NCBI GenBank assembly: GCA_038496445.1
Contig: JALMLS010000507.1
Location: 620,001-684,000 of the forward strand
DNA from: Trichosphaerium sp. ATCC 40318
Lineage: Eukaryota > Protista > Tubulinea
DNA length: 64,000 nucleotides
Reading direction: 5' to 3'
Both the position numbers and the translations under genes were made by a program. Positions 1-13,784 of the stretch are shown here, piece by piece. How positions within the stretch are numbered: the first letter of the stretch is position 1; every line of letters starts with the position of its first letter. The notes under the pieces are model-generated. The model worked only from the letters and a program-made list of their open reading frames with translations. It did no database searches and was not told the DNA's origin.

Positions 1-969
1 GGTTTTTGGCAATAGACAAAGAAAATGAACAAGTTGTTCTATGCTTCCGTGGTTCAACAGACTATTATCAAATCGTTGATGAAGTGCTCCACTCGTACGT
101 TAAAATAATAAAGACGAAAGTTATTAACACATTTCGTAGGTACGGTGTTAAATATCCATCGTTCCCAGGTAAGTATCCAACCAACACTGTTTTTAGAAAC
201 TTTATCTTTGCCGTATTTCACCAAACCTACACGCTACAGGCGCATCAAAATACCGCTTGTGACCTTTAAAGGCATCATTTTTTGTTAACTTTTTTCTTCA
301 GGATTTCCTGCACCTCCTGGAGTCACTGTAGTCGATTACTTTTTAAGTGCGTGGAAGGGAATATCAGGAGACCTAGAAGCAAGTCTTCCGCAAGTAATGA
401 AAGATCATCCTACCTATAGACTTTTAATCACAGGCCATTCTTTTGGTGGAGCAATAGCGTCATTGACAGCTTTTGGTTTAGTAAGAAGAAACTTAGTAGA
501 CTCCAAAAAAGTATCCCTCTATACCTTCGGCCAACCTAGAACAGGAAACATCGCTTACGCTAATATGCATAGTAAACTCATACCTGATGCTTATCGGGTA
601 GTAAATAATCGTGACCCTGTTCCTCACGTGCCAATATGTACACCAAAAGCAGATACAACAAAACAAGAATGTGAATTTACACTTGATTCTTTCCAACCTT
701 GGCATGCAAAGACAGAGATTTATTACGATAAGGGTGAGTATGAAAAGGGAATAATGTGTACTTACAGAGAGTGCGTATTACCGCCAATGGGTGAAGATCA
801 CTCATGTTCGGATGGACTTATTGATTTCCCTGCTGAAGTGTTTTTACCTGGTCTTACGATTGTGGAGAGGATAAAACTGATTGTTGATTGGGCAGGTGAT
901 TTAATAGATCAACATTCTGAGTACTGGGATGTACTTGAATACGGATTTTGTGGTATAAGAAAGCCATAA
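1..969 (+). CDS. Class 3 lipase (alpha/beta hydrolase), 5' end outside window; 2 visible introns
   Basis: VLCFRGS oxyanion region, TGHSFGG nucleophile elbow, YTFGQPRTGN and RVVNNRDPVPHVP motifs; exons join in frame over GT-AG introns; AATAAA just after the stop. Confidence 0.92.
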
Positions 970-1957
970 AGAATAAAACAAAAAACTTTGTTTGTTTTTT
1001 TTTTTCTAATTGTTTGAAATGTTTTTACTCACTATGAACGAAATAACTGGTCCTAATGCCTCGTGCAAGCGAGTTACTAAGTATTTAACGTACCCTTATC
1101 CAATATATATCGGCTCATAAGATACATAGAGGTGTAAGTAAGTGAGATTACCAAACCAAAATTGTTTTAGTTATCCCAATTACTTTGTACATAGTTTTTT
1201 CTGTGTGCCAGTCTCTGGAGGGACGTTGACGTTGTTGTATCGAATTACACTTGTACCACTTAATTCTCGATTGGGAAGGGCACTGGAAAAGGTCAAAAAG
1301 ATGATGGCGAGTTTGAAATTATACAGAATTTCGCTAAACGAGGCGAAGATAATTAGAACCCTGAGCGACTGTACTAGTTCGTAGTTAAAGAAAAAAAAAA
1401 CAGAAACGGCTAGCGCTTGCAACGAAAAGAGACAACATGACGCAAACAAGCGTTTGGGGAATCAATATAAACAGCAAGAGACATTAATGCGGCGTACGAC
1501 TAACTTACGCGCGTAGTCACTATACATGCAGCAACGTTGAGAACTACACAACAATAAGACCTACAATGTACTATCTTCCTTCTTAGGACATTTTTTACGA
1601 TAAAACGAGTTTCGAAAACAACGACTAGTGTGTGAATATACCTAATCAATAGTAGTAACACGTCACAAACCTTGTTGGCTAACAAACAAAGGTGAGTTGT
1701 ATGTTCGTTTTTTCACTTGACGCAGTTCTGACAGTTTTTTCTTTTGCTTTCAAAACCTCTAGAACGCAAGTGTATAAATGTGGCTAGATGTATCTACCAT
1801 GTATTACCTCAAAATTTTAAGCTGTTCCTATTTAGTACGTACACAGTTGATTTTGAGGTTAGTTTCCTTATTAGTAAACACAAAACTTATACACGGCGAA
1901 AGCAATTCTTGCTCTTTATCGTTAACTCAAACATCAAATACGTAGTAGTTAACCAAT

Positions 1958-4900
1958 ATGAGCACAACGGACCTTGACAGTACGTATCTCTCTTCTTGTG
2001 CAATTAAAAACAAGTCTGATACCTTATAATTCCTTTACAAAGACCCAGCACCAACAGAATGGTCTTGAAAGCTCCGCCTTTTTGTTTTTTTCTACCTATG
2101 TCACCACCACTTTGTATTGCAAGTTCCTAATTGCCTTCTACTAGGTCCTCGCACATATTCCCCAAGCGGGTACTCCGATTCGGACTCAGGCAATAGCAAA
2201 TGCAAGGTCGGAAAAAAAACGTTCATCGCAGTGATTTCCACTTTGACCTTCATTTGCGTTTTGTGTCTTGCTGGCACCATTGCAATCGGGTCACTTCACT
2301 CATGGAAACACCTAAGCCAAAACGAACCAACCACCAACGATCCTGTCGTTGTATCGGAAGTTCCACAAACATCCTTCTCTCAATCCTTGGAGATTGATGA
2401 AACACAATATAACGAAGAAGATACCATTGCTGCGGTAGCCGAATCTCTCGGCGTCGATCCTTCCCAAGTCACTATTGACACGAGCAGTTCTAAACGTCAA
2501 ACAACAACTACTATCATTATCGTAATTACTGTACCTGAATCGGAAGGCGAAAAGCTAGAGGAAGCAGTAACAGCAATGTACGTCCAAGAATAGCTTTACA
2601 TCACACGTTTTTCATCTTGCTAACTCGGATATAGGAAGGATGATATGTCTGCTTTAAAGGCCGCTCTTGAGAGACGTGGTATAGATGCTACTTCGATTAC
2701 TCTCCCTGGAGAACTGGTTCACAATACGAACAGCACTGAAGTACCTACTTCAGCACCTACAGTGGCCATACAACATGTGCCTTTGGATATGTACACTGCT
2801 CTCGTGAACGAGTTTACAACTTTGCAAGCCAAAGTAGAAAAGCTTGAAGAACGCGCTCCTGTAGCTGGACCACAAGGTGAACCTGGACCACAAGGCGAAA
2901 CCGGAGAGAAAGGATTGTGTGTTGGCTTGTTAGCTGGTAATGTTATCCCAGTTGGTGGTAAAATATTCAAATGGGGCGGACATGTTGTGTCAGGAGGAAC
3001 AGTTTTAGTACGACGTCTTTTTTTATTTTCCTTTATTATTCCAGGTTTTTGTTTCGTTCGAGTTCTTACACTTTTTTACAGGATTTTCCAACCTATGACG
3101 TTAAAGTAGGTGATATTCTTCGTTTCTCAGCAAAGACAACGGCTGAGCACGTATTTCAAATCTTCGACATGGATGACTACACAAATTGTGTTAGGAACAC
3201 GAGCAACTTTGCAGTACTTGCTCTCAACGGTGTGATTCGTGGAACAAACTTCTTTGACTACAGAATCACTGAACTAGATTTGCAAAACACACCACTCATG
3301 TTTGCCGCTCTTAGCGGTTCAAACAATCCTCCTGCTACCCAATGTTTCAAAAATAAGGTGAAGACCCTAGTCAATGTTTTCCCAAGAACACAGGTCTCTA
3401 TCGCCGGCGGTGATGATGATTTGGCCGCAAACTCAGAGACAGTCCAGAAGCTCCAAGGTGTTGTTACAAAACTCTCACAGACTCTTATCCTCACACAACT
3501 TGCCATTGAAAAGCTTGTTAGTAGTAAGGGTGACTCTGGAATTACAGTAACACGCGGTGTTTACCAAGGTATGAAATCTTACAAAGATGGATCTTGGGGT
3601 ACATCTTCACTTCTCAATATCCACAATCACAACAACTACCGTGATTTGATTGGTATGGGTGAAATCTCAGCTGCCCTTAACGGTGTCGAATTTCAAACAC
3701 GCCACAACGATTACCAACTCGTTACACCATGTACCAACTCTGACGAGTATCATTGTACCGAGGTTATCGACTACCCAGATGTACCTCCAGAGGTACTAAA
3801 CGCTGGTACTGTTGATGAGCAAATCGCTGAGATGCAAGAATGGTTCAGAGCTTTCAAAGATCAAGTACGTTAAATAGAAAATAGAAGTGGTTTTGCTTTT
3901 TGCGGTTTGTGGAAGCTTACTCACTCTTTATTAAGGATTACTCAGTCCGTGACTACCGCCCATATTTCAGACCTGTACTGTCGTACCTCGAAGGTACTTG
4001 GGTTACTTCAGACTTGAAGGAACCGTTTGCTTCTGATCGTCATTTCATTGATGCAAAGAACTGGAAAGACTTGTATGATAAAACGACATACTTGCACAAT
4101 TCAGGACACAAAGACAGAAGAGAAAATGTACCATACCTCCCAAGTACGCTTATTTTTTACCTTTCTTATATATTTGCCGTCTTTGTGACCACTCGTTTGT
4201 TACTTACAACGCCCTAATAGCTAGTATTCGCGGTTTGGTTAACGATACTGATCCTATTGTTGCCAACTGGGAGTATCGTATTGTTACTGTGCCTCTAGAA
4301 GAAGATATTCCTACAAACAAATTACGTGTTTCTCAGGATCTTTCAAGACAACTTCTTGAGAATGTACCACGTACATTAAATCAGCTTAAATTGTCTCGTT
4401 CTGCCAGGTTCGAATTGAATCGCGCTGTATACAGTAACGGATCAGTAAGATTCACAGATACTTTTGATGAATGTACGTACTTTGCACTGCACTCTCGAAA
4501 CATTATGCTCACTTTGAAAACCTTAGCTCGCCACAGTTGGGATTACCTTGATTATATTATGGAGCAAGTTCCTGGTAAAGATAACGCTGGAGCTTTTATT
4601 GCCGATTCCTACGGACAATTCGCTACACTTCACCCAAGAACAAATCAACCTCTCAACGCTGCATACTACAACAGATACTACAAGTCTCTTCAGAATGATG
4701 CTATGGGCGCACCTGTCTTTGCACGTGGGTTCCATGATATGAACCTCTTCGTTGCAAGAACAACACAAGACAAAGTATCATCAAACTCTATGCTTGATGC
4801 AACTTGTAACGTAACTGCTGACCCTGATGAGTGTTCTGACAGTGACTTTGGTAGTGTACGTACAACAAAATGGAGTTATGCCATTCCACTCGGTACGCTT

Positions 4901-5727
4901 TTATAAGCAAAAGTTCAAGCGATCATCTACTTACACTGTTATTAGAAATTATTTACACAACTCCTTTGACAAACTGGAATCCGTATGACTTACCTCTGCT
5001 GGAAGAACCGAAAGAGTTGAAATTTGTTCAAGGCGGACAAACCCAGAAAAGGTTTGGTAGGGGCGCTACAGTTGACGGGTGTAATGCATCAACAATTGCT
5101 GATGCTCTTAACGGAACCCATTCTTCAAAGTTCTTTTACAGAACACCTCCGAAATTCTACGCCGAATTTGCCGACAGAGACCCTGCTGATACAGGAAGCG
5201 TCGGTGGTTTGTGTGTCTTGGATAGTAACGGTGACCCTCAACATGTTGAGTCTTCTGGTCACTGGATTGCAACTCGTCCTATTGGAGGTGGTGTTGGTCA
5301 AATCCGTCAACGTTATCCAATTGCACCAGTACACGTTGCTGGAAGTGCTACATGGAAGGAACTTGAAGCACTTAAGCAAGTTGTTCTCCAAAACTATCCG
5401 ACATACGAAAGCGATCCAACCGGATTGTTTGGGGCTTCGGAAAGGTCACATGGTGTAGAGCTTACTATCGTTGGTGGAAGTCACGACCACACCTTGTTCA
5501 TTTCAGCCACACAAATCAAAGCCTGGTGGAGGAACCAGTCACAACCATTTACTGTGACTTCATCAACTGCTAATGGACATGAGCATGTAGTCCAAATGAC
5601 AAGATCAAGACCAACCGATAACTCACCTTGGGAGTACAAAATTGCGTTGTGCTCTTTCGATTTCCCAGGTTCAGAAGACCAAGTTGGAGGTTGTTCTGAT
5701 GGACATACTGCCATTCAGACTGTATAA
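1958..5727 (+). CDS. Large uncharacterised type II membrane protein: TM, short collagen repeat, cupredoxin-like module, conserved IHNH/TRHNDY domain, C-terminal HxH motifs; 7 introns
   Basis: ORF pieces 2117-5727 splice into one frame through GTACG..AG introns; TM FIAVISTLTFICVLCLAGTIAIG; GPQGEPGPQGETGEKG; VKVGDILRF..H..DYTNC; SHDHTL..NGHEHVV. Confidence 0.85.
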
Positions 5728-6011
5728 ATACGCTAGTATATTTTTCATTGCCAATAAAACCCATTTCAAACAAAGAAGTATTTGTTTCTCTCATTTTGTT
5801 ACAAGCAAATAAATGGAAAGTATTGGGAAGTGCGCTCGCTGACCTCACGTGGTATTTTTGAAAACAAATTAACTTCCCCTGATTTGTGTTTGTTTAGGGC
5901 AGTGACCTAGTCAAGGGGGCTGAGGTTTGAATTTTTGAAACTGTCAACCCTTGTCAAAGTTGCAGCATTTTGGCTCATTATTGCTCGTTGCGTATATTAG
6001 TATTTGGTGTT

Positions 6012-7204
6012 ATGTTGTTTTCCAGAGCACTTCAGCGACATAGGTTAACGCGTTATGCTTATGGTTGGACATTTAAACGCGGACAATTACTTACGAGTGA
6101 ATAGGGGCACGTACAACATCCAGGGGCATACAAATACGCGTAAATGATACACCAAATGAGCACAGTCAAAAGTTTCTGCCTGGTGTGGCCGTTCTAGGCG
6201 ACGTACGTTCATTGGAACTACTAAAGCTCGTTTGACGTGCGTAGGAAGATTCTCTCAAGTCTGTAGACTTTGACAGCGCTTTAAAAGCGGTTAGATCACC
6301 ACTTGCTAAAAAACTCTTCAGAATTAACGTATGAGTTTAAATGTGAATTCGCACCGTTATTTTTCTTTCAATACGCGTTTATAACAACTACAAGGGCGTA
6401 GAACGTGTGTTTCTGGCAAATAATTTTATCAGCGTTACAAAAGATAGAAACCTGCAATGGGACGATCTTCATAGCTCTGTGCGTCTAAAAAAATTATCTG
6501 TCAAACCTAATATTCCCTCAAAACAGATTTTTGCTGCTATTATGGAATTTTACTCTTCAGGCGAAAAAGTTCTTGATGAATCTCAAGTACCAGAAGATAC
6601 AAAGGTTGAAGAAGATGATGACGAAACTGTGGCTATGATCAAGGTATTTTTAATGTCTATTTCTACCTTTTTTGTAAAGGAAAATAATGCAGTGATTACA
6701 AATGTTTTACGGTGTTGTAGGAGTTGCTTGAAACCCGAGTGAGGCCTACAGTACAAGACGATGGCGGTGATATCACGTTTATTGGTTTCAGAGATAGTTA
6801 CGTGTTCCTACAACTGCAGGTACAGCTTAAATTTAGAAACAAGTTAAATTTTATTTTGGAATCGTTTTAACATTTACTCAGGGATCATGCTCCGGTTGTA
6901 GCTCATCTCAAATTACTTTAAAAAATGGTATTGAAAAAATGTTACAATATTGGATACCAGAGGTCACAGGTGTATACGAAGTCCAATCAAGGTTAGAGTT
7001 ATTTTGCTGACATTTTGAATTTATTTTGAATTATAGGGAAGAATTTAATAATATGATCTTAAATTCTAAAGAAGGTACATATACAACTAGTGTCCTATTC
7101 TTACTTATCTGTACTTACTTATATTAGGCGATGTAGCCGAGAAAATAAAGCAAGAAACAGGTCAAGAGGAGGCTAGACTTCTAGAAGATAATGAATCACT
7201 TTAA
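6012..7204 (+). CDS. NFU1: Mitochondrial Fe-S scaffold NFU1
   Basis: [14 protein letters not shown]-domain; [20 protein letters not shown]; [29 protein letters not shown] with CxxC; basic N-terminal presequence. Confidence 0.95.
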
Positions 7205-7284
7205 TTGCTGTTATAGATAAATAAAGACATTTTTTATTAGTTTTGGTCTAAGTCACATAGATTAAGTACGTTGAACTAATATTT

Positions 7285-9045
7285 ATGATGGAGCAGTGTT
7301 GGGAATCTAGATCTTCAGTTACCATTGGCGATCATCCGATAGAAACCGACGGAGCTTACCACGTAGAAGTTATAGTAAAGGGTAGACTTCCAGAGCGTCT
7401 AGCTTGTCTCAAGATACGGTACGCATGAGATTAGGTTCGTTTCTGAGCAATGTAGAGAAGCTATACTATCGTTAGTGCGGCGAGTAGACAACGCTTTGTG
7501 GAGAGAAGGGGCACTTGTCAACTTTTATGACGTAAAAACGCTTGCAGAATGTGTAGAGCGTATAACTATAGCAGAGCCAGGTGAGTAGCTACGCTGAATA
7601 ATCTGACGAAATATGTAGCGCCCTACTGGTCTGCTGACTTAATCCATCTTTACTCTATCGCAGAACCTGTGCAAACAGGTCGTAATCTTGATGACGACCA
7701 AAGCGTTTTCAGTGTTTCCCGACTACCTTCTATTTCCTACCAAAGCTTATGGGATGCGTACGTTGTTATTGCGACGAAGTACACTTTCCGTCTCATCTGC
7801 GAGTAGTCTTATCTATGAGCACAATACAAAAGAAAATCTGTTGAATCAAGTGGAAACAATTATGCGTCTATCTTCAGCAAACGTTAACGCCAATCTTGTT
7901 TGTCTTAGTCGGTACTCTACAAAAATATCAGAATCCTAACTGACAATCGACAGGCTTATACTCTTGTATGGTCCTCCAGGTACAGGAAAAACAACACTTT
8001 GTAGAGCGCTAGCGCACAAGGCAACTATCAGGATGAGCGATAGGTACTGAAACTTTCGCCATTTATTCATCTTGCTTATACATCCTCTTAGATACTGTCG
8101 AGGATTGCTGTTGACTATCAATACAGAAAGTATTTTTTCTAAGTTCTTCTCTGAAAGCGGGAAGATGGTTGCTCGCTTGTTCGATACTATAAGGTACTTA
8201 GTTTGATAGAACCAATTGAATCAAAGCGTAGAAGTAATTTATTTGAAGAGAACTGGCGCGGAATAAGCATCAAGTGGTATACGTTCTCATTGATGAGATT
8301 GAAAGTCTTTTAATGTCACGACAAAAAGCGACATCAGCAGACCCTACTGATGCCATAAGGGTAAGTGGTCCTTCTCAGATATACATATTAAATAGTGACA
8401 CGAAGGTTGTGAACACCATGCTGACACAGATTGACAAGTACTTGTTTTTTCACTACTTGATATCTTACATATTTCTGTAGGTTGCAGTCGTATTCCAATG
8501 TAGTTGTGTTTGCTACTAGTAATCATACACAAGCTATTGGTAGTCTTCAAAGAACTGCCACATCGACTCATACTTTGATTTAGACTCTGCTTTCTTAGAT
8601 AGAGCAGATATCAAGCTCTTTGTTGGATTACCTGGTCTTAGAGCAAGGTATATAATCCTTCGTTCGTGTCTTATTGAACTGGAGAGAATAAGTGTAATCA
8701 AACCTGGACACAGTCTAGTACGTGCTTGTAATACTGCAGAAAAACTAAAGTATGCTAGATGAAGCAACCAACGATACTGTTTGGTAAATCGTGGCAGAGT
8801 GGTATGTATCAAAACGAGATAAGCAAGCAATTACTCCTTGTGGCTGAACTGTTATCTGGGATTTCAAGCCGTGCTCTGAGGAAACTCCCTGTAGTTGTAC
8901 TAGCAACCATGCCATACAAGGTGCGTTTCTTTTCTGATGTCACTAATTTCTCTTACAATGATAGCGTAATTGGGAAATGCCCGAATTCATTAGTGGTTTG
9001 AAGAGTGCTGCAACAGGATACACATCTCCTGTGGTAGAAAATTAG
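7285..9045 (+). CDS. PCH2: AAA+ ATPase PCH2/TRIP13 (HORMA remodeller)
   Basis: [22 protein letters not shown]; [12 protein letters not shown]; VLIDEIESL; [17 protein letters not shown]; [11 protein letters not shown], reconstructed over about 11 short introns. Confidence 0.95.
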
Positions 9046-9219
9046 ATCATTTCAGTATGTACAGAGCCAAAGTGTATTACTTCCACGTGTTAACTGTTTT
9101 ATGACAATAAATATAGTTCAGTGCTTTTCTTCGCCGGGTAAATAACAAGGACGGCAGAATTAAAGCCCCTTTTCTGTGAAAGTAACTCCAGCCAAATAAA
9201 TTTAGTCAAATAGCAGAAT

Positions 9220-12200
9220 ATGACAGACGTGACGTCACCTCGAGCGTTACGCGATTCAGCGCGTAGTGCCAATAATAATAAAACAAAGAATGTCGAAGTT
9301 AAAGCACGAGTTGTTATTCTAGGAGGTGGTATTGGTGAGCATTATATTCATGTATTGAGTTCATTTTAATCGTTTAAAATGCAGCTGGCGCTTCTGTGGC
9401 TAAAGCTTTAAGTTCTCATGCTAAAGATGGGCTTGAGGTAGTCCTCGTTGAAAAACAAGTGCGATAGCGTGTTTTACAGACCTCATGATTTTCGTGTTCG
9501 CTAACGGGCCTTTAGACAGAATTTATACTAAAACCAGCCATAATGCGCTGTGTAGAAACAAATATACAACAATTCAAGACCGAAGCTATAAAAATAATGA
9601 GAACGTACCCAGCATTCTTACCAAACTGCAGAGTGGTTCACGACAGTATTATCAAAGGTAAAGCAACGCACAATAATGACCATAAAATTAATCTTGACAC
9701 CATAATTAGTCAGCAAACAGAAAATCATCCTATCCAAAGAGACACTCGCGTATGATTTTCTCGTAATATGTACTGGAACTCGCTTTTCAGTTGACCCGAA
9801 TTTACAAAACGTGTTAAATAAGGACTTTTATGATTACTCTATTTCAGAGGTCAGTGACTCATCCCTTGATACAAAAAATGCAAGTCACGTACTTGTAGCG
9901 GGTTCTGGTACACTTCAATAGTCTTTTTAATCGCTGTAAGCTAAGATCTGTTCGGTTAGCTTGGCCAGGCATGCAAGTTGCAAGCCATATCGCGTGTCAT
10001 TATCCAGACAAGAAAATATCGTTGGTTGTAAGAGAAAAAGAATTAAGAAAAGAGAACAAGGTATGGTAGTACGGGATGAAATTCTATATGTTGATATTTT
10101 CTAATTTAGACAAATAAATTACTCAACAAATGGTTTAATAACCACAATGTCACTGTATTCATGGGTGACAGGATCAAAAGTACGCTTAGTTTTTTGATGC
10201 ATTTTTGAGGTATTGACCTCAGTGTGTTCAATAGGTGCTGCAGCAAAGAGCGAGAACAATGATACAATAATATATAAATTAAAATCTGGCGAAACAATAG
10301 AGGCGGATAAGGTAGAATTTGGTTGCTATGGTTTCGTTTTTAAAGGTTTCATTTAGCTCTTTTGGCTCGGTAATAAAGTGGGAAACACGGAGTTCTTGGA
10401 TGACGAGTGTAGCAAGGCATTAAACAAGCATGGACAGATAAAGGTAAGATTTTCCAAACATCACTTGTGACCGGGTGTTTATTTGGCCGGTTTCGTCTGT
10501 GGGTTCTAAAATGCCATAGGTATCTTCTAATATGCAAGTGAAAGGCTGTAAAAATATATTTGCGTGTGGTACGTACTAGTTAGAAAGCGGTTAACGGAAT
10601 TTATTCTATTCTAGGAGATGTTGTATCAGAGTCACCTTCACAGGCGGATGTTGCTTTAAAGGAAGCTAAACAAGTAGTAAGGAATATACGGTTATTATTA
10701 AAAGGAAAGGAAGCAAAGTACAGAAAGGTACAGTTGCGACACCTCTATTGATTTGAGATTTACAAAAAAGCTTAGAAAACCAAAGCAACTTGTTTGCTCA
10801 TTCCACTGGGTACAGATATTATGTTGACTTATTGTGGAAAGTATGTGGATTCCATTGTTTTCTTTTCTAATTCCATACTCTATAGATACATCAAGGTGGC
10901 CCAGCAAGCTTGCCCTAAGATGCTTAAAAATTATTTTGACCAGTTGTTGACAACTGTTACAGAAACATCAAGTACGTTAATCCTACACCTCATGGCATAA
11001 CAAGCGACCTAGAAAATTGGTGCTCTATGGGTAAGATTACGCCACCTTCACAAACGCCAATAGCCAGGACCTCATCAAGAGGTCAATTAAGCATTGGAAG
11101 AAGTGGTAGTATTAGTAGTCGTTCTAGCTCTTCCAGTGTACGTTACCTTCTTATGCTGTTTTGTTTGGTTTTTTTTCTTACATTTTGTTCTCAGAGTTTA
11201 TTTGATTTACCAGTGACGCTTGTACTTTGGTGCCATACTCACACATGCAAGTATTTATGTGGTTATCTTCTATCAAGAGGCCACAATCTTCGTGTTGTAG
11301 TACCACCATTATCAGGTGCTATTGAGGAATTATCTGGGTTTGAATACGCTATAACTACAATGCCTACAACACAATTTGAACAAAAGAAATTATTCAAAGG
11401 TACCGCTTTCGGCTCTAGAAGTTTATACGCCGTAGTTTCTTCGACACAAATATTGTTTTCTAACCATATTCTAAGGGGTGGATAAGATTATTGTTTCAAC
11501 AGATAACGGACCTGTAATGGATGAACTTCTTCCAAGAAAAGCTGAACTTATTGAAAAATATAAAACTGATCAACTGGAGCATATAGTTTTTCTCTCAAAT
11601 GGTGGAGAGTTTGACGACGAGTTTGATTTGAACTATTATCTTTGTGATATTTATATCAAGTATAAAAAACTACTGGAAAGCATTGGAATACCATTAACAT
11701 GCATATCAACACATGGAACTCACATAACGCGAGCGAGGTTCTTTGCTCAGACTTTCAGCCAGTTAAAAACCTTTGTATACCCAGCAGTCCCAGTTAAAAC
11801 ACAATCAGTACGTCAGCCCAAGAGTTTTAAGGTACTAAAGTTAACGAATTGTAGGTTGATGAAAGCGATTTATCCGAAATCATTGAGCGTATCCTAGATG
11901 AAGGCAAACCTCATTATGATAAAGTATACTCCCTTGTAAATAGAGAAGAGATAGATCCAAAGTATCTACTAGCTTCTATTGGCGAAGCTCGTACGTAGAA
12001 GTATAAACACCCTATCAAACAACTTATCATTTCATCTCAGTTGGTGAGGAAGTCCTAGCTCAGGAGATACCTATTGATTTATACATTGAAACTTTACAAG
12101 CAATGCCTGGTATGAGCACAGAATGGATAGAAGCAGTACGGCACGTAATTACAATCACAGTGCTGTCTGAAAAAACTGACTAGTTTTTTAGTGTAATATT

Positions 12201-12309
12201 GACTGATGAGAGATCGTATGTGAGTTCTAGTGATGTTAAAGACTTGCTTGGACGAGAACCAAGAAATTTTCATGATTGGGCTCAAGAAAATGCTCATTTA
12301 TTCCTCTAA
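9220..12309 (+). CDS. AIFM2/FSP1-like FAD oxidoreductase fused to a degenerate NmrA-like Rossmann domain
   Basis: VVILGGGIAGASVA, YDFLVICTG, QVKGCKNIFACGDV; after a Ser-rich linker a C-terminal domain ending VSSDVKDLLGREPRNFHDWAQENAHLF; joined in frame by intron 10972-11012. Confidence 0.75.
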
Positions 12310-12455
12310 CATTCCGATGAGAAATCTTTGGGACAAGATGACTTAAACAAGTTTATCTGACTTAGATGCGTAGAGAAAAACGGTTTTCAAAAAAAACAAA
12401 GACCTACTAAATTCCTCTCTATGTATTGTGAATTGTGAATAAAACAATTCTGGAT

Positions 12456-13784
12456 TTAATCGATGACGTGTTCCGTCATATTGTTCTCCTTGTTGTAAAC
12501 ACGTTAGTAACAACTGCGACGCCGAGTTTTTGGTACTTACTTCCTTGGCTTTAGATAGATTCTTTCTAAGAATAAAAACGTATATTACAAGTCCAACAAT
12601 AATAATTAGAGCAACAATGATGATAAAAACAATCAACACTAAGAAATAACTTAAAACAGAAATAGAAAAACAAACGCACGTATTAAGCCAGTAGATGAAA
12701 TACCACTTGGATTCGAGCTAGAAATTCCTTGAGCAGGTTCTACAGGAGAAATTGGGGGTTCAGGTGGTAACGTAGACGAGCGCGTAGGTAATTCGGTTGG
12801 CATAGTTGTCGAACTAGTCAGTGCTGGAGATGGTTCCGCGGGAGTTGCAGGAATACTAGTAGGAGCAATAGGTTGTGGCGTGCTTGGCGGTATTGTAGGA
12901 GTAAAATCAGTTTCGTATGTAACTGCTAGTTCTGGTTGACCTTCCTCTGCTTCTCTTGAAGCTATACGAAGTGTATCACCTTCCACTGCCTCATTTCCAA
13001 GAAGAATCCAACCAACATTATTGTTGTCACCACTTATCCACGTGCCAATATCGTGTAACATGGACTCTGTAGCTGGGATAACAACTAAAGCGCATGAACA
13101 GTTGGCGTAATTTTATAATTATCCGACAATCTCTGTTACCTTTATCAGGAGTTGCTGGAACCTCTGCAGAATTTCTTTCCAAAAAATCACCGCCTGGTCG
13201 ATTCCAGTATGTGGTACTATAATAAGTATGAAGCCAAGTGGCATCAAAACGTTGAGCTTGTGTCCCTTCTCCACCTGTTGCACTAGACGTCCCTTCGCCT
13301 AGTAGAAACATTATTGTGAAACAGATGTGACAAAGTTCACACCCCAAGGTTGTACCACGTGATGTACTGATACATTCCACGATGATCCACTATGTCTCTG
13401 GACCGTAAGAGATAGCGAAGCTGATAATACAACAGCCGTCTCAGGAATATTAGAAAAGTCAAACTCAAGCAATGCTCTTCTTATGCCATGTGTTTGTGTT
13501 CTACCTTTGGATTGTTTAAAATTATTACGTAATTTACGGATTGAAATTTCCAAAAGAAACCATACCAATGAATAGAGATGATCCCGAACCGCTTGCTGTC
13601 TCCCCTTGTAAGTCTTCAAACAAGGTTGCGTCCCTCATAGGTCTTAAAACGGCATGCTTGGCGCAAGTCACGCTATCTTTAGCAAAAAAGAGTTAGAACA
13701 CCTTTTCAGGTTCCAAGGCATCATTTACGCTTACGTACCGCACAATGTAATGAGGAGAATGAGTATAATGAATAGCTTGCCCAT
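12456..13784 (-). CDS. Type I membrane protein: signal peptide, DNRLRE/CBM96-like domain, Pro/Thr/Ser stalk, TM
   Basis: MGKLFIILILLITLC signal; RDATLFE; RRALLEFDFSNIPETAVVLSASLSL; WNRPGGDF; GWILLGNE..IASRE..PELAVTY; TM LIVFIIIVALIIIVGLVIYVFIL. Confidence 0.8.

Noticed and set aside
1034-1384. Possible small three-exon gene (MNEITGP...DCTSS)
   Set aside because: Needs a 32-nt intron and a 12-nt micro-exon and gives no recognisable protein.
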